Virus record (IMG/VR): IMGVR_UViG_3300043177_000122
Coordinates: 256,001 to 320,000 of that record
Reading direction: 5' to 3' (one strand)
DNA length: 64,000 nucleotides
From: a virus
Taxonomy: Duplodnaviria; Caudoviricetes
Below, one piece after another: positions 29,056 through 40,306 of this stretch; positions within the stretch are counted from its first letter, which is position 1, and the number at the start of each line of letters is the position of its first letter. The notes below the pieces were generated by a model. That model saw only the letters and a list, made by a program, of their open reading frames with translations, ran no database searches and was not told the DNA's origin. Made by a program: the position numbers and the translations under genes.

Positions 29056-32000
29056 ATGGTTACGATTCGCTCTGTCAATGAAATTATCGCCAGTCTAATC
29101 GATTTTTTTAGATTGGCTCAGCCCGATTTAGATACCAAGCCTGGTACAGTGGCTAGAGATTTATTCATTGAAGGTCCATCATCCCAATTATCATTACTTT
29201 ATGACCAATTACAAGGCGTTTCCAATAAGCAATCTCTTAGACTTTCTATTGGCACGGATTTAGATAACCTAGGTAAAAATTTTGGTTTGATTAGAAAACA
29301 GTCTACTCCATCGACTGGAGTGGCTTTACTTACATTCCCTTCTTTAAATTCAGTAATTAATATTAACAAAGGCGCCCCAATTTACACATTAGGCGGCTTA
29401 AGTTTTAGTGTTGTAAATGGTACTTCACTAGTTCCATCAAATATCAATTTCTATAGATCTGTAGCTACTAAGTTTGCTGCTCAATTAGCATTTGTAGGAA
29501 TTACAGATCAGTATGCTGTTCAGGTTACTGTTACTGCAAACTCTCCAGGCTCTTCTGGTAATATCGGCCAGTACAGTTTATCTAAAGTGGCTATACCTGG
29601 CATTAGCAATGTCACAAATATTGCTAGCTTCGCAGGTGGTACTGATCAAGAAACAGATGCTGCATTTAGAAATCGTATTCTTTCTACATTTAGTGGCTCT
29701 AGCGTGGGAACACAACTTGGATATTTGAATGCGGCTCTAAGTGTAACTGGAGTTCAGGATGCTGTAGTTATTGAACCAGGTAATCCACTAATGACTCGTG
29801 ACGGGTCTGTTGTAGAAACTATCAATGGAACTTTGACAATTATTCAGGAGGGTGCCGGCGGGAAAGTAGATGTAGTTGTATTAGGAACAAATGATGTAGC
29901 TAATACAGATACTTTTATCTATCAAGACAAAAGTAACAATAACGATCCAACAAGCTCTAAAAACAATTTCGTGTTAGGACAAATTGATGCAGATGCTAAT
30001 TTAAGCATTTCTCAAAAGAGAGTTAAAGACATCAAAAATGGACAATTACCTGCACAGCCAGTAAGTACTATTAATCAGGTCACAGGCTCTAGTAGTGGTT
30101 CAAATTTTATACCATATACTGTAGATCAATTTGGTCGTGGTTCCGGAAATTATTTGCTGGTTAAAGACACCGGAGTATATGGTGGTAGTTGTTTTGGATT
30201 TGATACTTTCGTATGGAAGAGCAACCAAATTGAATTTCAAGAAGATGTAATTAAGGGCCAGTCTAATGGACAAGACCCAACCACTTTTACTGAAGTACAA
30301 CAAATTTCTAATACTCAGCAGCAGTTGAGTGTAACTAACGAGAATAGTATTGTTACTAGCGATCGAACCATAATTCAACTTTTACATTATCCGGCAACTA
30401 ATGTTACAAGAGTATTTAATACGAATACTGGCGAGAGATATTTGATTGTTGATCAGAACGTTGATGATACTTCTCCAAATAATACAACTGGAAGAATTAA
30501 AATATCAGGAAATACTTTACCGGCACCAAGCGATATTTTGCAAGTAGATTATACTTGGGTAGTTGATTATGATCGATATTCTGATTTTGATGGTCTGCAA
30601 AATACACAAAATCCTAGAGCTGTTACAGATAGTGTTGATTGGGGATATCCTTCCGCTATTAAAAATGAAGTAGTTGAATTTGTTTTGAGTCCTGGAAACA
30701 ATTATTATATCGGAACTACATCACATCCGGTTGATACTATTATCTCTACAAACACATTTACACAAGTAGATGGGTATGTTCAAATTATTGGATCTGGTGT
30801 GTTCGTTAATAGGCTATCTGTTGCTCTAAATAATCTTGAAACACCATCAACCTCTGTTGACTCTATTGTTTGGAAGAACAACGGAACAGAACTTTATAAA
30901 ACAGACCAGCTAGACGGATCATTTTCCAATGTGGCCACGGTGGTTGGAATTAATATTTTATACAATACGACCGTTATTTTACCAACAGACACTCCAGCGC
31001 AAGTGGGAGATAGAGTTTCTGCTATTTTGAATGCCACTAATATTTTTCAGTCAAATACGCTTCAAGGAAGTAGTAACGGCACACAAGTTACCATTCCATC
31101 ATCATTGGTTAATTCATCTGCTGATAGAATTAATTTGCTAGTAAATTATATTGCAAATGTCAATGACTTATTCTCTTCAGCAATAATAAATTTGCCAACA
31201 AGCAGGTTGGGTAATGGATTTTCTCTTTCCAACAACAGTGGATTTAATAACTTTAGTATCGCTAACATTTCTAGAAGAGAAAACCGGATTGTTCGGTTAA
31301 ATCTAAGCAACCAATTCTTTGTTGAGTTAAATCTCCCCAACACTGATTATACCTTATTGACTGACAATATTCTTTCAGTTGTTAGATTATCTGATGGCAA
31401 AGAATTATGGAATCCAGATAATAAAGGAACAGTTACTGTAGGAGTAAGTGGTAATTATCAACTTATTCTAACTGGATTTAATACTCCATTAACTGCCGAT
31501 CGTGTATTAGTTATCTACTATGCAACGGATATTAGAAGATTCCAGCCATTTAGTTTTAGTAATAGAATCATCAAGACTCGCATTAATAGTTTAGGCGAAG
31601 ACCCTATTACAAAAAACTTTACTGTTCCACTCGTTGAGTTTACGGCCCAATCAAGCGGATTAAAATTTGATGTAGTTGAACAAAACAGTGACACAGTTTT
31701 GTTTAGCGTCACTGATGGGTACTTAACCCCAATAAATAGTACGCAAGCATTTATAAATAGTTTATCTGTTAATTTTTCTAGTTTACCAGATTTAACAAAT
31801 AAGCGTATCAAAATTACAGGCGCAGTTGCTCCAAATAATGATGGCTACTTTGATATTGTATCGTACAGTATTGGCACAAATAATATTACTATCACTAGTA
31901 TGTTAAACCACATTACTGCAAATAATATTTCTATAGTCAGATTATTAGATGGTAAAGAATTATGGAATTATTCTGGAACTATAGATCAAGCCAATAACAG

Positions 32001-33150
32001 ATTGATTATTCCAAAATCTACAAATGCGGTTCCAGGAGATTTTGTCTACGTTATGTTCTTTAACTTTAGCAATTTACGTAAAGCTCCAACTCGCATTACT
32101 GGAAGCATTGTAGATCAAGTCGTTAATACTGGTGTAGTATCAGTTATTGGAACTACTATGGCTTTAGCTTCTGATGTAATTTTTACAGCAACTAGTACTG
32201 GGTTACGGCAAAACTTACAAGAAGCTTTACGTAAAGCTTTAAATCTCAGCTCAACTGCTAGTATACCAAGCACAATAAAGATAGCTAAGATAGTAAAAGC
32301 TGAAAAGGTAACTACCTTTTCAACAGGCAGCGATGTGGTAACCAATATACTTACTACTTATGATACTGTTGGTAGCACTATTGCAAACAACCTATTTTTT
32401 GCTGATACTATGAGGGCAAATCCACTGCTATCAGGTGTAGATTTTGTTTTACCAGCTACAACCAACAACACTTTAACTGGCTCTACAAATAACTTACCTA
32501 CTGTGGGAGATTTAATTAGGATTACTTTCTATTATACAAATGAAAATGATTCTGAAAATCTTGCATATACTAGAATTGGTTCGTTATATACAAATAAGAA
32601 GTTTGCTTTAATAAATCAGATTTATGTAAATAGTGGATTTCAATCCTCTCAGGCAACTAAATTTACAGCAACCTCTTTTACTAAACCTAGTGTGGGTGCT
32701 AGATATACGATTTTCTACAACTATCTAGCTCCAAAACAGAATGAAAGAATTCTGATACAGTATAATTACAATAAGCTAATATCAGATACTACTTTTGCTA
32801 TCGAAAACAGTCGTCCAATTAATGCAGACGTTTTAGTTAAATCTGCTAAGCTAATTTTGATTGATTTAACTATGAACGTAGTAATTAATCAAAACTTCCT
32901 AACTACATCCTCTACTGTTCTACAAAATCTACGTAACCAATTAGTAGCCGCTCTTACAAGCACTCAACTTGGACAAACAATAGATCAAATCACGTTAATT
33001 AACATAGCACAGGGCGTACAGGGTATAGATAGGGCTAGAATACTATTCTTCAATAAGTCTGGGTTACCAGGTCAAGTACTAAGTATTACCGCTGCTGAAG
33101 ATGAGTATTTCCAATCAAATACCATCAATATTAACACTGAAACCAGATGA
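29056..33150 (+). CDS. Baseplate J-like wedge protein with about 900-aa insertion
   Basis: N-terminal DTKPGTVARDLF...GTDLDNLG...GNIG...TNIASFAGGTDQETDAAFRNRIL...SVTGVQDAVV, with the J C-terminal domain at the end. Confidence 0.85.
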   Translation: MVTIRSVNEIIASLIDFFRLAQPDLDTKPGTVARDLFIEGPSSQLSLLYDQLQGVSNKQSLRLSIGTDLDNLGKNFGLIRKQSTPSTGVALLTFPSLNSVININKGAPIYTLGGLSFSVVNGTSLVPSNINFYRSVATKFAAQLAFVGITDQYAVQVTVTANSPGSSGNIGQYSLSKVAIPGISNVTNIASFAGGTDQETDAAFRNRILSTFSGSSVGTQLGYLNAALSVTGVQDAVVIEPGNPLMTRDGSVVETINGTLTIIQEGAGGKVDVVVLGTNDVANTDTFIYQDKSNNNDPTSSKNNFVLGQIDADANLSISQKRVKDIKNGQLPAQPVSTINQVTGSSSGSNFIPYTVDQFGRGSGNYLLVKDTGVYGGSCFGFDTFVWKSNQIEFQEDVIKGQSNGQDPTTFTEVQQISNTQQQLSVTNENSIVTSDRTIIQLLHYPATNVTRVFNTNTGERYLIVDQNVDDTSPNNTTGRIKISGNTLPAPSDILQVDYTWVVDYDRYSDFDGLQNTQNPRAVTDSVDWGYPSAIKNEVVEFVLSPGNNYYIGTTSHPVDTIISTNTFTQVDGYVQIIGSGVFVNRLSVALNNLETPSTSVDSIVWKNNGTELYKTDQLDGSFSNVATVVGINILYNTTVILPTDTPAQVGDRVSAILNATNIFQSNTLQGSSNGTQVTIPSSLVNSSADRINLLVNYIANVNDLFSSAIINLPTSRLGNGFSLSNNSGFNNFSIANISRRENRIVRLNLSNQFFVELNLPNTDYTLLTDNILSVVRLSDGKELWNPDNKGTVTVGVSGNYQLILTGFNTPLTADRVLVIYYATDIRRFQPFSFSNRIIKTRINSLGEDPITKNFTVPLVEFTAQSSGLKFDVVEQNSDTVLFSVTDGYLTPINSTQAFINSLSVNFSSLPDLTNKRIKITGAVAPNNDGYFDIVSYSIGTNNITITSMLNHITANNISIVRLLDGKELWNYSGTIDQANNRLIIPKSTNAVPGDFVYVMFFNFSNLRKAPTRITGSIVDQVVNTGVVSVIGTTMALASDVIFTATSTGLRQNLQEALRKALNLSSTASIPSTIKIAKIVKAEKVTTFSTGSDVVTNILTTYDTVGSTIANNLFFADTMRANPLLSGVDFVLPATTNNTLTGSTNNLPTVGDLIRITFYYTNENDSENLAYTRIGSLYTNKKFALINQIYVNSGFQSSQATKFTATSFTKPSVGARYTIFYNYLAPKQNERILIQYNYNKLISDTTFAIENSRPINADVLVKSAKLILIDLTMNVVINQNFLTTSSTVLQNLRNQLVAALTSTQLGQTIDQITLINIAQGVQGIDRARILFFNKSGLPGQVLSITAAEDEYFQSNTININTETR

Positions 33151-36100
33151 CAATACTAAGAATCGTTAATGTAGTAATAAACAGCAGCACTAGCATAGAT
33201 GTTTCTTTTACAGAAACATTGACCGGTAATTTGTTGCCTACCAACGCTTCAATAATTTCTCAAACAGAAAATATTCCTAACTCGAAAGTTTTGGAAGTAT
33301 CTATAACTGGTAATGTATTTTCTATTACTTGCCAGCCGCTTACTCCATATGCTGCATACTATTTGCAATTTCAATCTACAGAAAGCCACCCTTTCACATC
33401 ATTAAACGGTGATGTAAAACTATCTGAAGATGGTGTTTCTAATAGAATGATCATTACTGGACCACTGCCCAATGATAATCCTGTCAATGATTATTTGCAG
33501 TCTTTTTATCAAAACAATATATATAAAGCTAGCGATAGTACCACTGTAATTAACAAATATATTCAATCTATAGCAATTAATTTTTCTAGAGCTTTGTATG
33601 ATATTAGGCAGCTAGCAAATGAGAATTATCTTTCTTTTACTGTAGTAGATGAGTTGCATACAAAAGGTGAAACGCCATTTGAAAGATTGTATGAAGAAGC
33701 CGTATATGAAGTATTTAGGGTAGGATTCGGCGCTACTGCGGCCCCAGTTCCTAACACTTTTGTATTTGACAGTTTTCCTTCTTTCCCAGTAACATTACAG
33801 AGACAATCTGCTGTTGAAATTGTGCAACCATCATCTAATGACGACAATGGTACTTTCAACATCAATAATCTTATTTTTAACCTGAGTAATAAGCCAGTTA
33901 CTAAGGTTAACAAGATAACTTTTACTCTAACCACATCTAATCCGGTTTTTGATTATGATATTTCTAGACTAGGATATCAATTATTGGATTCTACTTTTGA
34001 TCAAGATTATGCTTCCAGTTATTTGTTGCTAAAAAATAATCAAGTCAAAATAAATGAGTCTATACTCGATGATCCTAACTTTTCACTCGATAAAATTTTT
34101 CATGTTACAGTAGAGTATGAATACAAAGGGCTAGGTATTCAAATAGATCCTGATTCAGTAAGTACGTATACTACTTTACAGTCTGTTCGAGAGGTTTTAC
34201 CACCAATCATTAACATATTTAGTTTGGCACATGCGCCAATAACTGATGCAACTAATAATATTCCAGTTACTGGTGGGGTTACATTTATAGATCCAAATTC
34301 TGGAACAGGTGCTCCTCATCCGGCCTTTTTAACTGAAATTCCATTTAGTTTAAGTGCGCTACCATCTTCTCCAGGAATTTATGCCATTGATTATGAGACA
34401 GGCACAGTATATGTGTATGGAGAGAATAGTAATAATGATGGTACAGGCCCATCACCGCCATTAGCTACTTACTATTACAAGTTTACTTTTACTCCAGAAA
34501 CTGATTATGTATATGACAGTGATTTAGTAGAGATAGTTGCATTGCCGCTAGGAAATCTAGTTGGGCAAGCTGGTACTATTGCATTTAACTATGAACAAGT
34601 ATTAGTGCCTGGTGTAGATTATGAGGCTAACATACATAAAGAAGCTATTAATGAAAGAGTGGGTAATAGATTAACAGCGCTTAATTCTCTCAAAACCATT
34701 AATTCACCAATAACTAATGTCTTTCAGATTTTTAATGAAACATCGGGCGAGATCTATCTTCTAGATAGGTGGAATGAAGATACTGTTTATTTTAAGTTTA
34801 ACAAGCCTCCACGAATATTACAGCGTACAGGAGAAAATACTACTTTTGAAACAGTTACCAATGAGCTTTTAGGAATAAATACAACAAGTATAAATACCAG
34901 TAGCTTACGTATTTTTACAATATTTTTAATGAACAATACCATCATTAATTCTTCACAGGATGGTATTGGTGCATCATTTAACTCTAGTGTTACATTTACT
35001 AATGGAAATGTTTTTGTCACAGAAATGTGGTATGACCAGGAGTTTGATGCAGCATCAAATATTAATGGTTTACAAAATGTTGGTGAATATACCATTGACT
35101 ATAAAAATGGAATTGTATATGTTGCCGTATCATCAACCCAGAGCAATGATATTGGAACTGTTACCTACAAGAAAAATAGTATTGTTCCAAATTTTCCTCA
35201 TGTAGTTAGTGTTGATGATATTTACTATCGTGTTAGTATTTTAAATCCAAAAAACAAGCAATTTTCTTATGTATCATTTGAAGATGGATCAATTGTTCCA
35301 GATGGCCTAGAAGCTTCTGATGAGGCATTTTTAAACGGCTCAATATCTGCTCCTTATCAAATTTATCAGAATCAAATTGGTGCATTTGTTGATTCTACAT
35401 TTGTTCCTGGCGTAACTAATGCTGTTAAGTTTGTTAGAAGTGTTTATGAATTTAACGATTTGTCTAACAGTAGTAATCCAATCAATTTTGGATTTGTTAG
35501 TACTGCCAACAACTTTAATATTACAGTAAGAACAATCAATAAGCAATCTTTCGAAAGTGTTCAGTTTGATGGCTCAAATTATTTTGTAGTACTCAATGAA
35601 AATATTCCTTATTTATCACCTGGTATCGAGTATACTTTCAGTGTAGTTAGAACTGTAGATTCACAATCATTGTGGAATGGCTCCGGAATTGTTGTTCCTG
35701 GTAATCCTCTTAAACTAGTACTATCTGGCATTGGATCTCCACAAGTAGGAGATGTGGTTAGTGTTACATATTCATTTACTATAATGCCATTCCAAAGAGT
35801 AATAGTAGATTATAATAAGGGCGATTTATTCTCTGATTATACTTATGTTGCTGATGAAATTGTAGTTAGTTATGAGTATGGTGATAATGTTATTGATTTT
35901 CGTAAGAATTTAACTCTGCCAACGGGTGCGGACTATTATGTATCTTACAAGGCCGGCGCCCTTCGTGATTCTTTACTTAAGAATTTTGGAACTTTGGTAA
36001 ATGTCCCTACACTCTCTAATTTTGATCTTTCATTAGATAGAGAAAGATATCGTGAAGCGCTACAAGCAGCATTATCATCCTTTGTACAAGGACCAACTGT

Positions 36101-39100
36101 AGCTGCCATCAAAAATATTGGACAGATTATTACGCACGTAGAACCAGAAGTTATTGAATCTGCTTTTGAGATTTGGTCACTAGGTAGTAGTTTATTGTTT
36201 CCAATTGATGTAGAAACAACTGGAGAGTTTCAGTTACTGCCAGCTCACTATGGTAATGGAGTATTAATTGATCAGCCAGATCAAACCATTACAATACCAG
36301 TTAATTCTAATCTAAGATTAGAAGAGGGAACTTTTGAAACTTGGGTACTCCCTCAGTGGAATGGTATTGATAATGATGCTGAATTGACTTTTATCATTAC
36401 AAGAGATGGTTATGCTATTGATCCATATAGAGTGCTTATTGGAGGATCAGAGTATCACCCTACTATAGATTTAAAAAACCAATTTACCCTGGATAAAACG
36501 TCAAATGTCACTGGCCGCCCTAACAAAAATAAAGACGGTGTTTTCATTTATTATGATAAAGATATTTCGGGTAGCTTCTATCGTTGGTACGTGGCAGTTG
36601 TCGATGGATATGTGGCTCCTAACTATCATACTTACCAACTCCAAATTCTCTCCACAGGTAAATTCTATGATGTTAAATCTATTAGTCCAATTAAGCCGGC
36701 TAATATGAGCACTTTTACTGGTACTAATAAAGTTAACTTTACTCTTCGACCAAGAGTAGATGGGTATGGTATTGACGAAGGTATCACATTTATTTCTGAT
36801 GTAGAGCATTATATTTTGGACTTTGGAAAAACTAAAGATTCCAGCCGATTGTCTATTTTCAAAGATGTAAGCGGTTACATAAACTTCAGAGTTTATGATA
36901 GAGAACATAAAATGTGGAACATCAGTGCAGACGTTTCTTCTTGGAAAGTTAATGTTCCACACATGGTTGCTGCATCTTGGAAATTAAACACTAGAAACAA
37001 TCGCGATGAAATGCATCTATTCATTGATGGCTTAGAAGTTACTAATATTATCAAATATGGTCAAAAACTACAACCATATTTGCATGAGAAATTTAGAACT
37101 GTTAATCCGGAAGAGATAGTAGGGTTAGCCGCTCGTGATATTGTGGGCTCTAATGATCTAGTGACTACAAGCGGATCTTCATTAGTTACATCTAGTATAA
37201 ACTTTAGCCAGTATGATATTTTTGTAGGTGATACAATTTTCATTAATGAAAATGGATTTTCACCAGTAGGATATACCATTGTAGACATTGATGGTCAAGA
37301 ATTAACATTAAGTTCAGTTCTACCAATTACCATGACTGGTGGCAGATTCTCTATTAATCAAACTGACTACTCTGTAACTTCCGATATTAATATCGCTCCA
37401 AATATCGCAGTTACAACTATTCATACTTTTGTGGAAGGTACAGGTTTAGTAACCAATTCAGGATCAAATGTAGTATCCTCTTCTAGTCATAATTTTACTA
37501 CATTAAATGTTAAGCCAGGATATCTATTAAGAATAGATAATTCATCTTTTGCTCTTACTTACAGTATTGTACAAGTTAGCGGAAATACATTAACTATAAC
37601 TGATCCTGCACCACTTAGTTTGTCAGGGGCTACCTTCTATATTTACTCTAACACTGAAAATGAAATTTCTGGTGTTAGGGCGCTTAATCCATCTTATAGT
37701 ATTAATCAAGATAGTAATTTTAATAACATTCTAACAGTCTCGAATAATGTATTTGCTAATGATTTAATTCTAATAAGAACACTAGGTCTTAACTATAAAG
37801 ATGTTAAGAGGCAATATTATGTCTGGAGTTCTCAGTTGGAGAATATTTTACAGACTCAACTACCGCCTCCAATTAATTTAGATGAAGCTAATATCACCAG
37901 AATAATTACGCCCACTACAGCCATTGGTCCGACTAACTCAACTTTAATGAGTGGAATGTTTGTTTCTAATTATCTTCCTACCGCAGCACCCTCTAATGCT
38001 CAAATTGGAAGAACCATTCAAGCTACCATTAGTGGAACTAATGTTGATTTTTCAACACCAGTTCAAGTAACTATTAATGGTGTTTCCGGAATAAATACTA
38101 TTAGCGAAACTATCACATTCACCAACTACGGTACTCTTGATTTTACTAACACATTTGTTTCTTTAAATTATATGTGGGTAAACGTTAAACCAATTAATAC
38201 AAGTAAAAATGCATTAGCAGTAGAGCTGCGAGAGAAATACCCTATTACACACAGCGAATCAAGCGGGCTTGTTCCAGTAGTTAGATATAGTTATCATATT
38301 AATGGTGGATATACTCTTTCTGGTAATGGTATTGATAATGTAGTGACGGATCCAAATAATACTTTCAGCGCCTTGGATGTTGGAAATACTTTGATAATTC
38401 ATACCCCGCCAACAGTAGCAGGGTTTTATCAAATTACAGGACTATCATCAGATAGACATTCCTTAACTATTGCTCCAACTGCCGCTTCGTTCCCTGTTCC
38501 ACTACCAAGTTTTGCTAATGCAAAATATCAAGTATTAAATACTACACAATATCGTAGTGGATTACAAAATGGATTCTTTACTTTAGAAGCAAGTGTTCTG
38601 CCAAGTCAACAATATTTCTTAGATCAAGGATTTTATGAGCTTGAGTATTCTACATATGCTAGAATAAAATTCGATTCACTCAATAGTAAAATGTACTTTG
38701 GTAGTGATTTCCAGGGTAATAATCAAGCTAATGCAATCATTGACCATGTCACTATCTATTCTATTATGTTAACTGATACTAGAATAGGTGAGGTTGTTGC
38801 ACTCAATAAGAGATCTGTAACTAAAGATTATAATACACTTAAAACAACAAAGCCTGATGCAAATACATTAGTGTTAGTTGATTTTGATAGTACGCCATTT
38901 TCTAATGAAGCTAAATTCTATGCTAGCACAAATAATGACCATAAACATTTCCAGTCTGACTTTACTGTTAGTGATAATTTTAGTGAAAGTATGGTAATAC
39001 TAGATGAACCAATTGTGATGTCTAATGATGGAATTTTAGATACTAGAAATCAAGGAACTATTGAATTTTGGATGAGTCCACTTTTTGATACTGCTAATGA

Positions 39101-40298
39101 TCCTAACTTGAGATATTATTTCGATGGGTTTGGCGCAGTTACAGAAACAGTTACAAGTATCAATAATGTGTCTGTTAAAATTTCCTCGCCAGCCTCTGAA
39201 ATACTTAGTGTTACATTAGCTGCGGGAGATCCAAAGATCGATTATTTTGTTGGTGGTAAATTAGAAGTTGATACTCAACACGCTTTACAAGAAGATGCTA
39301 TAGTTATGGGCACTTCTGTGGTTGTAGTTTCTCAGCCAATACTACAAGTAATTTCTGTTAAGGCTATTGGTGATTTTACTGAAAAAGATTACTATGCTGG
39401 TGGAACAGTAGGAGCTGATCGTAAAACCATTTTCCTAGGCACAGGTCTACCACAACCAAACATGCAAGTTTTGGTTACTTATCAAACAACAAATAACAAT
39501 AATGTTACAATTAACACCCAGGTTATTAGATTAAACAGAAGATTGCCTGCTCAAAATTCTAAAGTTGTTGTAACTTACCTTCCAACTGGACTTCAGGGCG
39601 ACCGTATCTCAATTTATAAGGATCTCTATGGTTACATTAATTTCCAGATCAGAGCATCCGGGTTTGACTATGTAGTTCGAGGCCCAACTCGTTGGGCTAG
39701 AAATACTTGGCATCGTGTTAAGGCTAGCTACAAAATCAACGGCGGAGTTGGAAACGATGAAATGAGACTGTTCCTTGATGGGTATCAGTATACTGATGTT
39801 CTGTATGGTCAAGGTCTTCAATTTGGTAAGTTTCCTATGGTTTATGGTTCTGTATCTGTTGGTGATGGATATGGTTTGATTGGAAGTATTCCATTCAAAG
39901 ACCCGATTAACATTTTGAATATTGGTGCTGATTACAAAAAGAACAACTCAATATTCACTTTACTAGATAACTTTAGAGTAAGCAACATATCCAGGCCAAT
40001 TTATGCGCCATACGGTGAGCCTTTAGATGCTAACTTCAGCAGCAATTTAAGTACCGTCTTCCCTGTTACTAAAGACCTATATACTACTTTGTTGTTAGAT
40101 TTTGATAGGTTGAATGCCTTAAATACGAATTTTGCTACATTGATCAATAGAGCAACTGGAGCATTTGATTTTACTGTAAATATCTTCGATTCTTTTGGTA
40201 TAGTAAGTAGTAGTGCTAAAGTTAAAGAAGTACTTGAAAACCTTATCAATATCCTGAAGCCAGCCAACTCCAGGGTGTTTATCAAGTATATTACCTGA
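33147..40298 (+). CDS. Very large baseplate wedge/fibre-attachment protein with LamG-like domains (2383 aa)
   Basis: SLLKNFG...DRERYREALQAALSSFVQGPTVAAIK is gpI/gp7-like. There are two concanavalin/LamG signatures (GTFETWV...HMVAASW...MHLFIDG; GTIEFWM...WHRVKASY...MRLFLDG). The C-terminus is KEVLENLINILKPANSRVFIKY. Confidence 0.7.
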   Translation: MTILRIVNVVINSSTSIDVSFTETLTGNLLPTNASIISQTENIPNSKVLEVSITGNVFSITCQPLTPYAAYYLQFQSTESHPFTSLNGDVKLSEDGVSNRMIITGPLPNDNPVNDYLQSFYQNNIYKASDSTTVINKYIQSIAINFSRALYDIRQLANENYLSFTVVDELHTKGETPFERLYEEAVYEVFRVGFGATAAPVPNTFVFDSFPSFPVTLQRQSAVEIVQPSSNDDNGTFNINNLIFNLSNKPVTKVNKITFTLTTSNPVFDYDISRLGYQLLDSTFDQDYASSYLLLKNNQVKINESILDDPNFSLDKIFHVTVEYEYKGLGIQIDPDSVSTYTTLQSVREVLPPIINIFSLAHAPITDATNNIPVTGGVTFIDPNSGTGAPHPAFLTEIPFSLSALPSSPGIYAIDYETGTVYVYGENSNNDGTGPSPPLATYYYKFTFTPETDYVYDSDLVEIVALPLGNLVGQAGTIAFNYEQVLVPGVDYEANIHKEAINERVGNRLTALNSLKTINSPITNVFQIFNETSGEIYLLDRWNEDTVYFKFNKPPRILQRTGENTTFETVTNELLGINTTSINTSSLRIFTIFLMNNTIINSSQDGIGASFNSSVTFTNGNVFVTEMWYDQEFDAASNINGLQNVGEYTIDYKNGIVYVAVSSTQSNDIGTVTYKKNSIVPNFPHVVSVDDIYYRVSILNPKNKQFSYVSFEDGSIVPDGLEASDEAFLNGSISAPYQIYQNQIGAFVDSTFVPGVTNAVKFVRSVYEFNDLSNSSNPINFGFVSTANNFNITVRTINKQSFESVQFDGSNYFVVLNENIPYLSPGIEYTFSVVRTVDSQSLWNGSGIVVPGNPLKLVLSGIGSPQVGDVVSVTYSFTIMPFQRVIVDYNKGDLFSDYTYVADEIVVSYEYGDNVIDFRKNLTLPTGADYYVSYKAGALRDSLLKNFGTLVNVPTLSNFDLSLDRERYREALQAALSSFVQGPTVAAIKNIGQIITHVEPEVIESAFEIWSLGSSLLFPIDVETTGEFQLLPAHYGNGVLIDQPDQTITIPVNSNLRLEEGTFETWVLPQWNGIDNDAELTFIITRDGYAIDPYRVLIGGSEYHPTIDLKNQFTLDKTSNVTGRPNKNKDGVFIYYDKDISGSFYRWYVAVVDGYVAPNYHTYQLQILSTGKFYDVKSISPIKPANMSTFTGTNKVNFTLRPRVDGYGIDEGITFISDVEHYILDFGKTKDSSRLSIFKDVSGYINFRVYDREHKMWNISADVSSWKVNVPHMVAASWKLNTRNNRDEMHLFIDGLEVTNIIKYGQKLQPYLHEKFRTVNPEEIVGLAARDIVGSNDLVTTSGSSLVTSSINFSQYDIFVGDTIFINENGFSPVGYTIVDIDGQELTLSSVLPITMTGGRFSINQTDYSVTSDINIAPNIAVTTIHTFVEGTGLVTNSGSNVVSSSSHNFTTLNVKPGYLLRIDNSSFALTYSIVQVSGNTLTITDPAPLSLSGATFYIYSNTENEISGVRALNPSYSINQDSNFNNILTVSNNVFANDLILIRTLGLNYKDVKRQYYVWSSQLENILQTQLPPPINLDEANITRIITPTTAIGPTNSTLMSGMFVSNYLPTAAPSNAQIGRTIQATISGTNVDFSTPVQVTINGVSGINTISETITFTNYGTLDFTNTFVSLNYMWVNVKPINTSKNALAVELREKYPITHSESSGLVPVVRYSYHINGGYTLSGNGIDNVVTDPNNTFSALDVGNTLIIHTPPTVAGFYQITGLSSDRHSLTIAPTAASFPVPLPSFANAKYQVLNTTQYRSGLQNGFFTLEASVLPSQQYFLDQGFYELEYSTYARIKFDSLNSKMYFGSDFQGNNQANAIIDHVTIYSIMLTDTRIGEVVALNKRSVTKDYNTLKTTKPDANTLVLVDFDSTPFSNEAKFYASTNNDHKHFQSDFTVSDNFSESMVILDEPIVMSNDGILDTRNQGTIEFWMSPLFDTANDPNLRYYFDGFGAVTETVTSINNVSVKISSPASEILSVTLAAGDPKIDYFVGGKLEVDTQHALQEDAIVMGTSVVVVSQPILQVISVKAIGDFTEKDYYAGGTVGADRKTIFLGTGLPQPNMQVLVTYQTTNNNNVTINTQVIRLNRRLPAQNSKVVVTYLPTGLQGDRISIYKDLYGYINFQIRASGFDYVVRGPTRWARNTWHRVKASYKINGGVGNDEMRLFLDGYQYTDVLYGQGLQFGKFPMVYGSVSVGDGYGLIGSIPFKDPINILNIGADYKKNNSIFTLLDNFRVSNISRPIYAPYGEPLDANFSSNLSTVFPVTKDLYTTLLLDFDRLNALNTNFATLINRATGAFDFTVNIFDSFGIVSSSAKVKEVLENLINILKPANSRVFIKYIT

Positions 40299-40306
40299 GA
40301 GATATA

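Noticed and set aside
9294-40298. Stand-alone extracellular contractile injection system or tailocin
   Set aside because: It is contiguous with DnaB, a loader, a sigma factor, homing endonucleases and an endolysin, and there is no Afp15-type ATPase. Phage context fits better.
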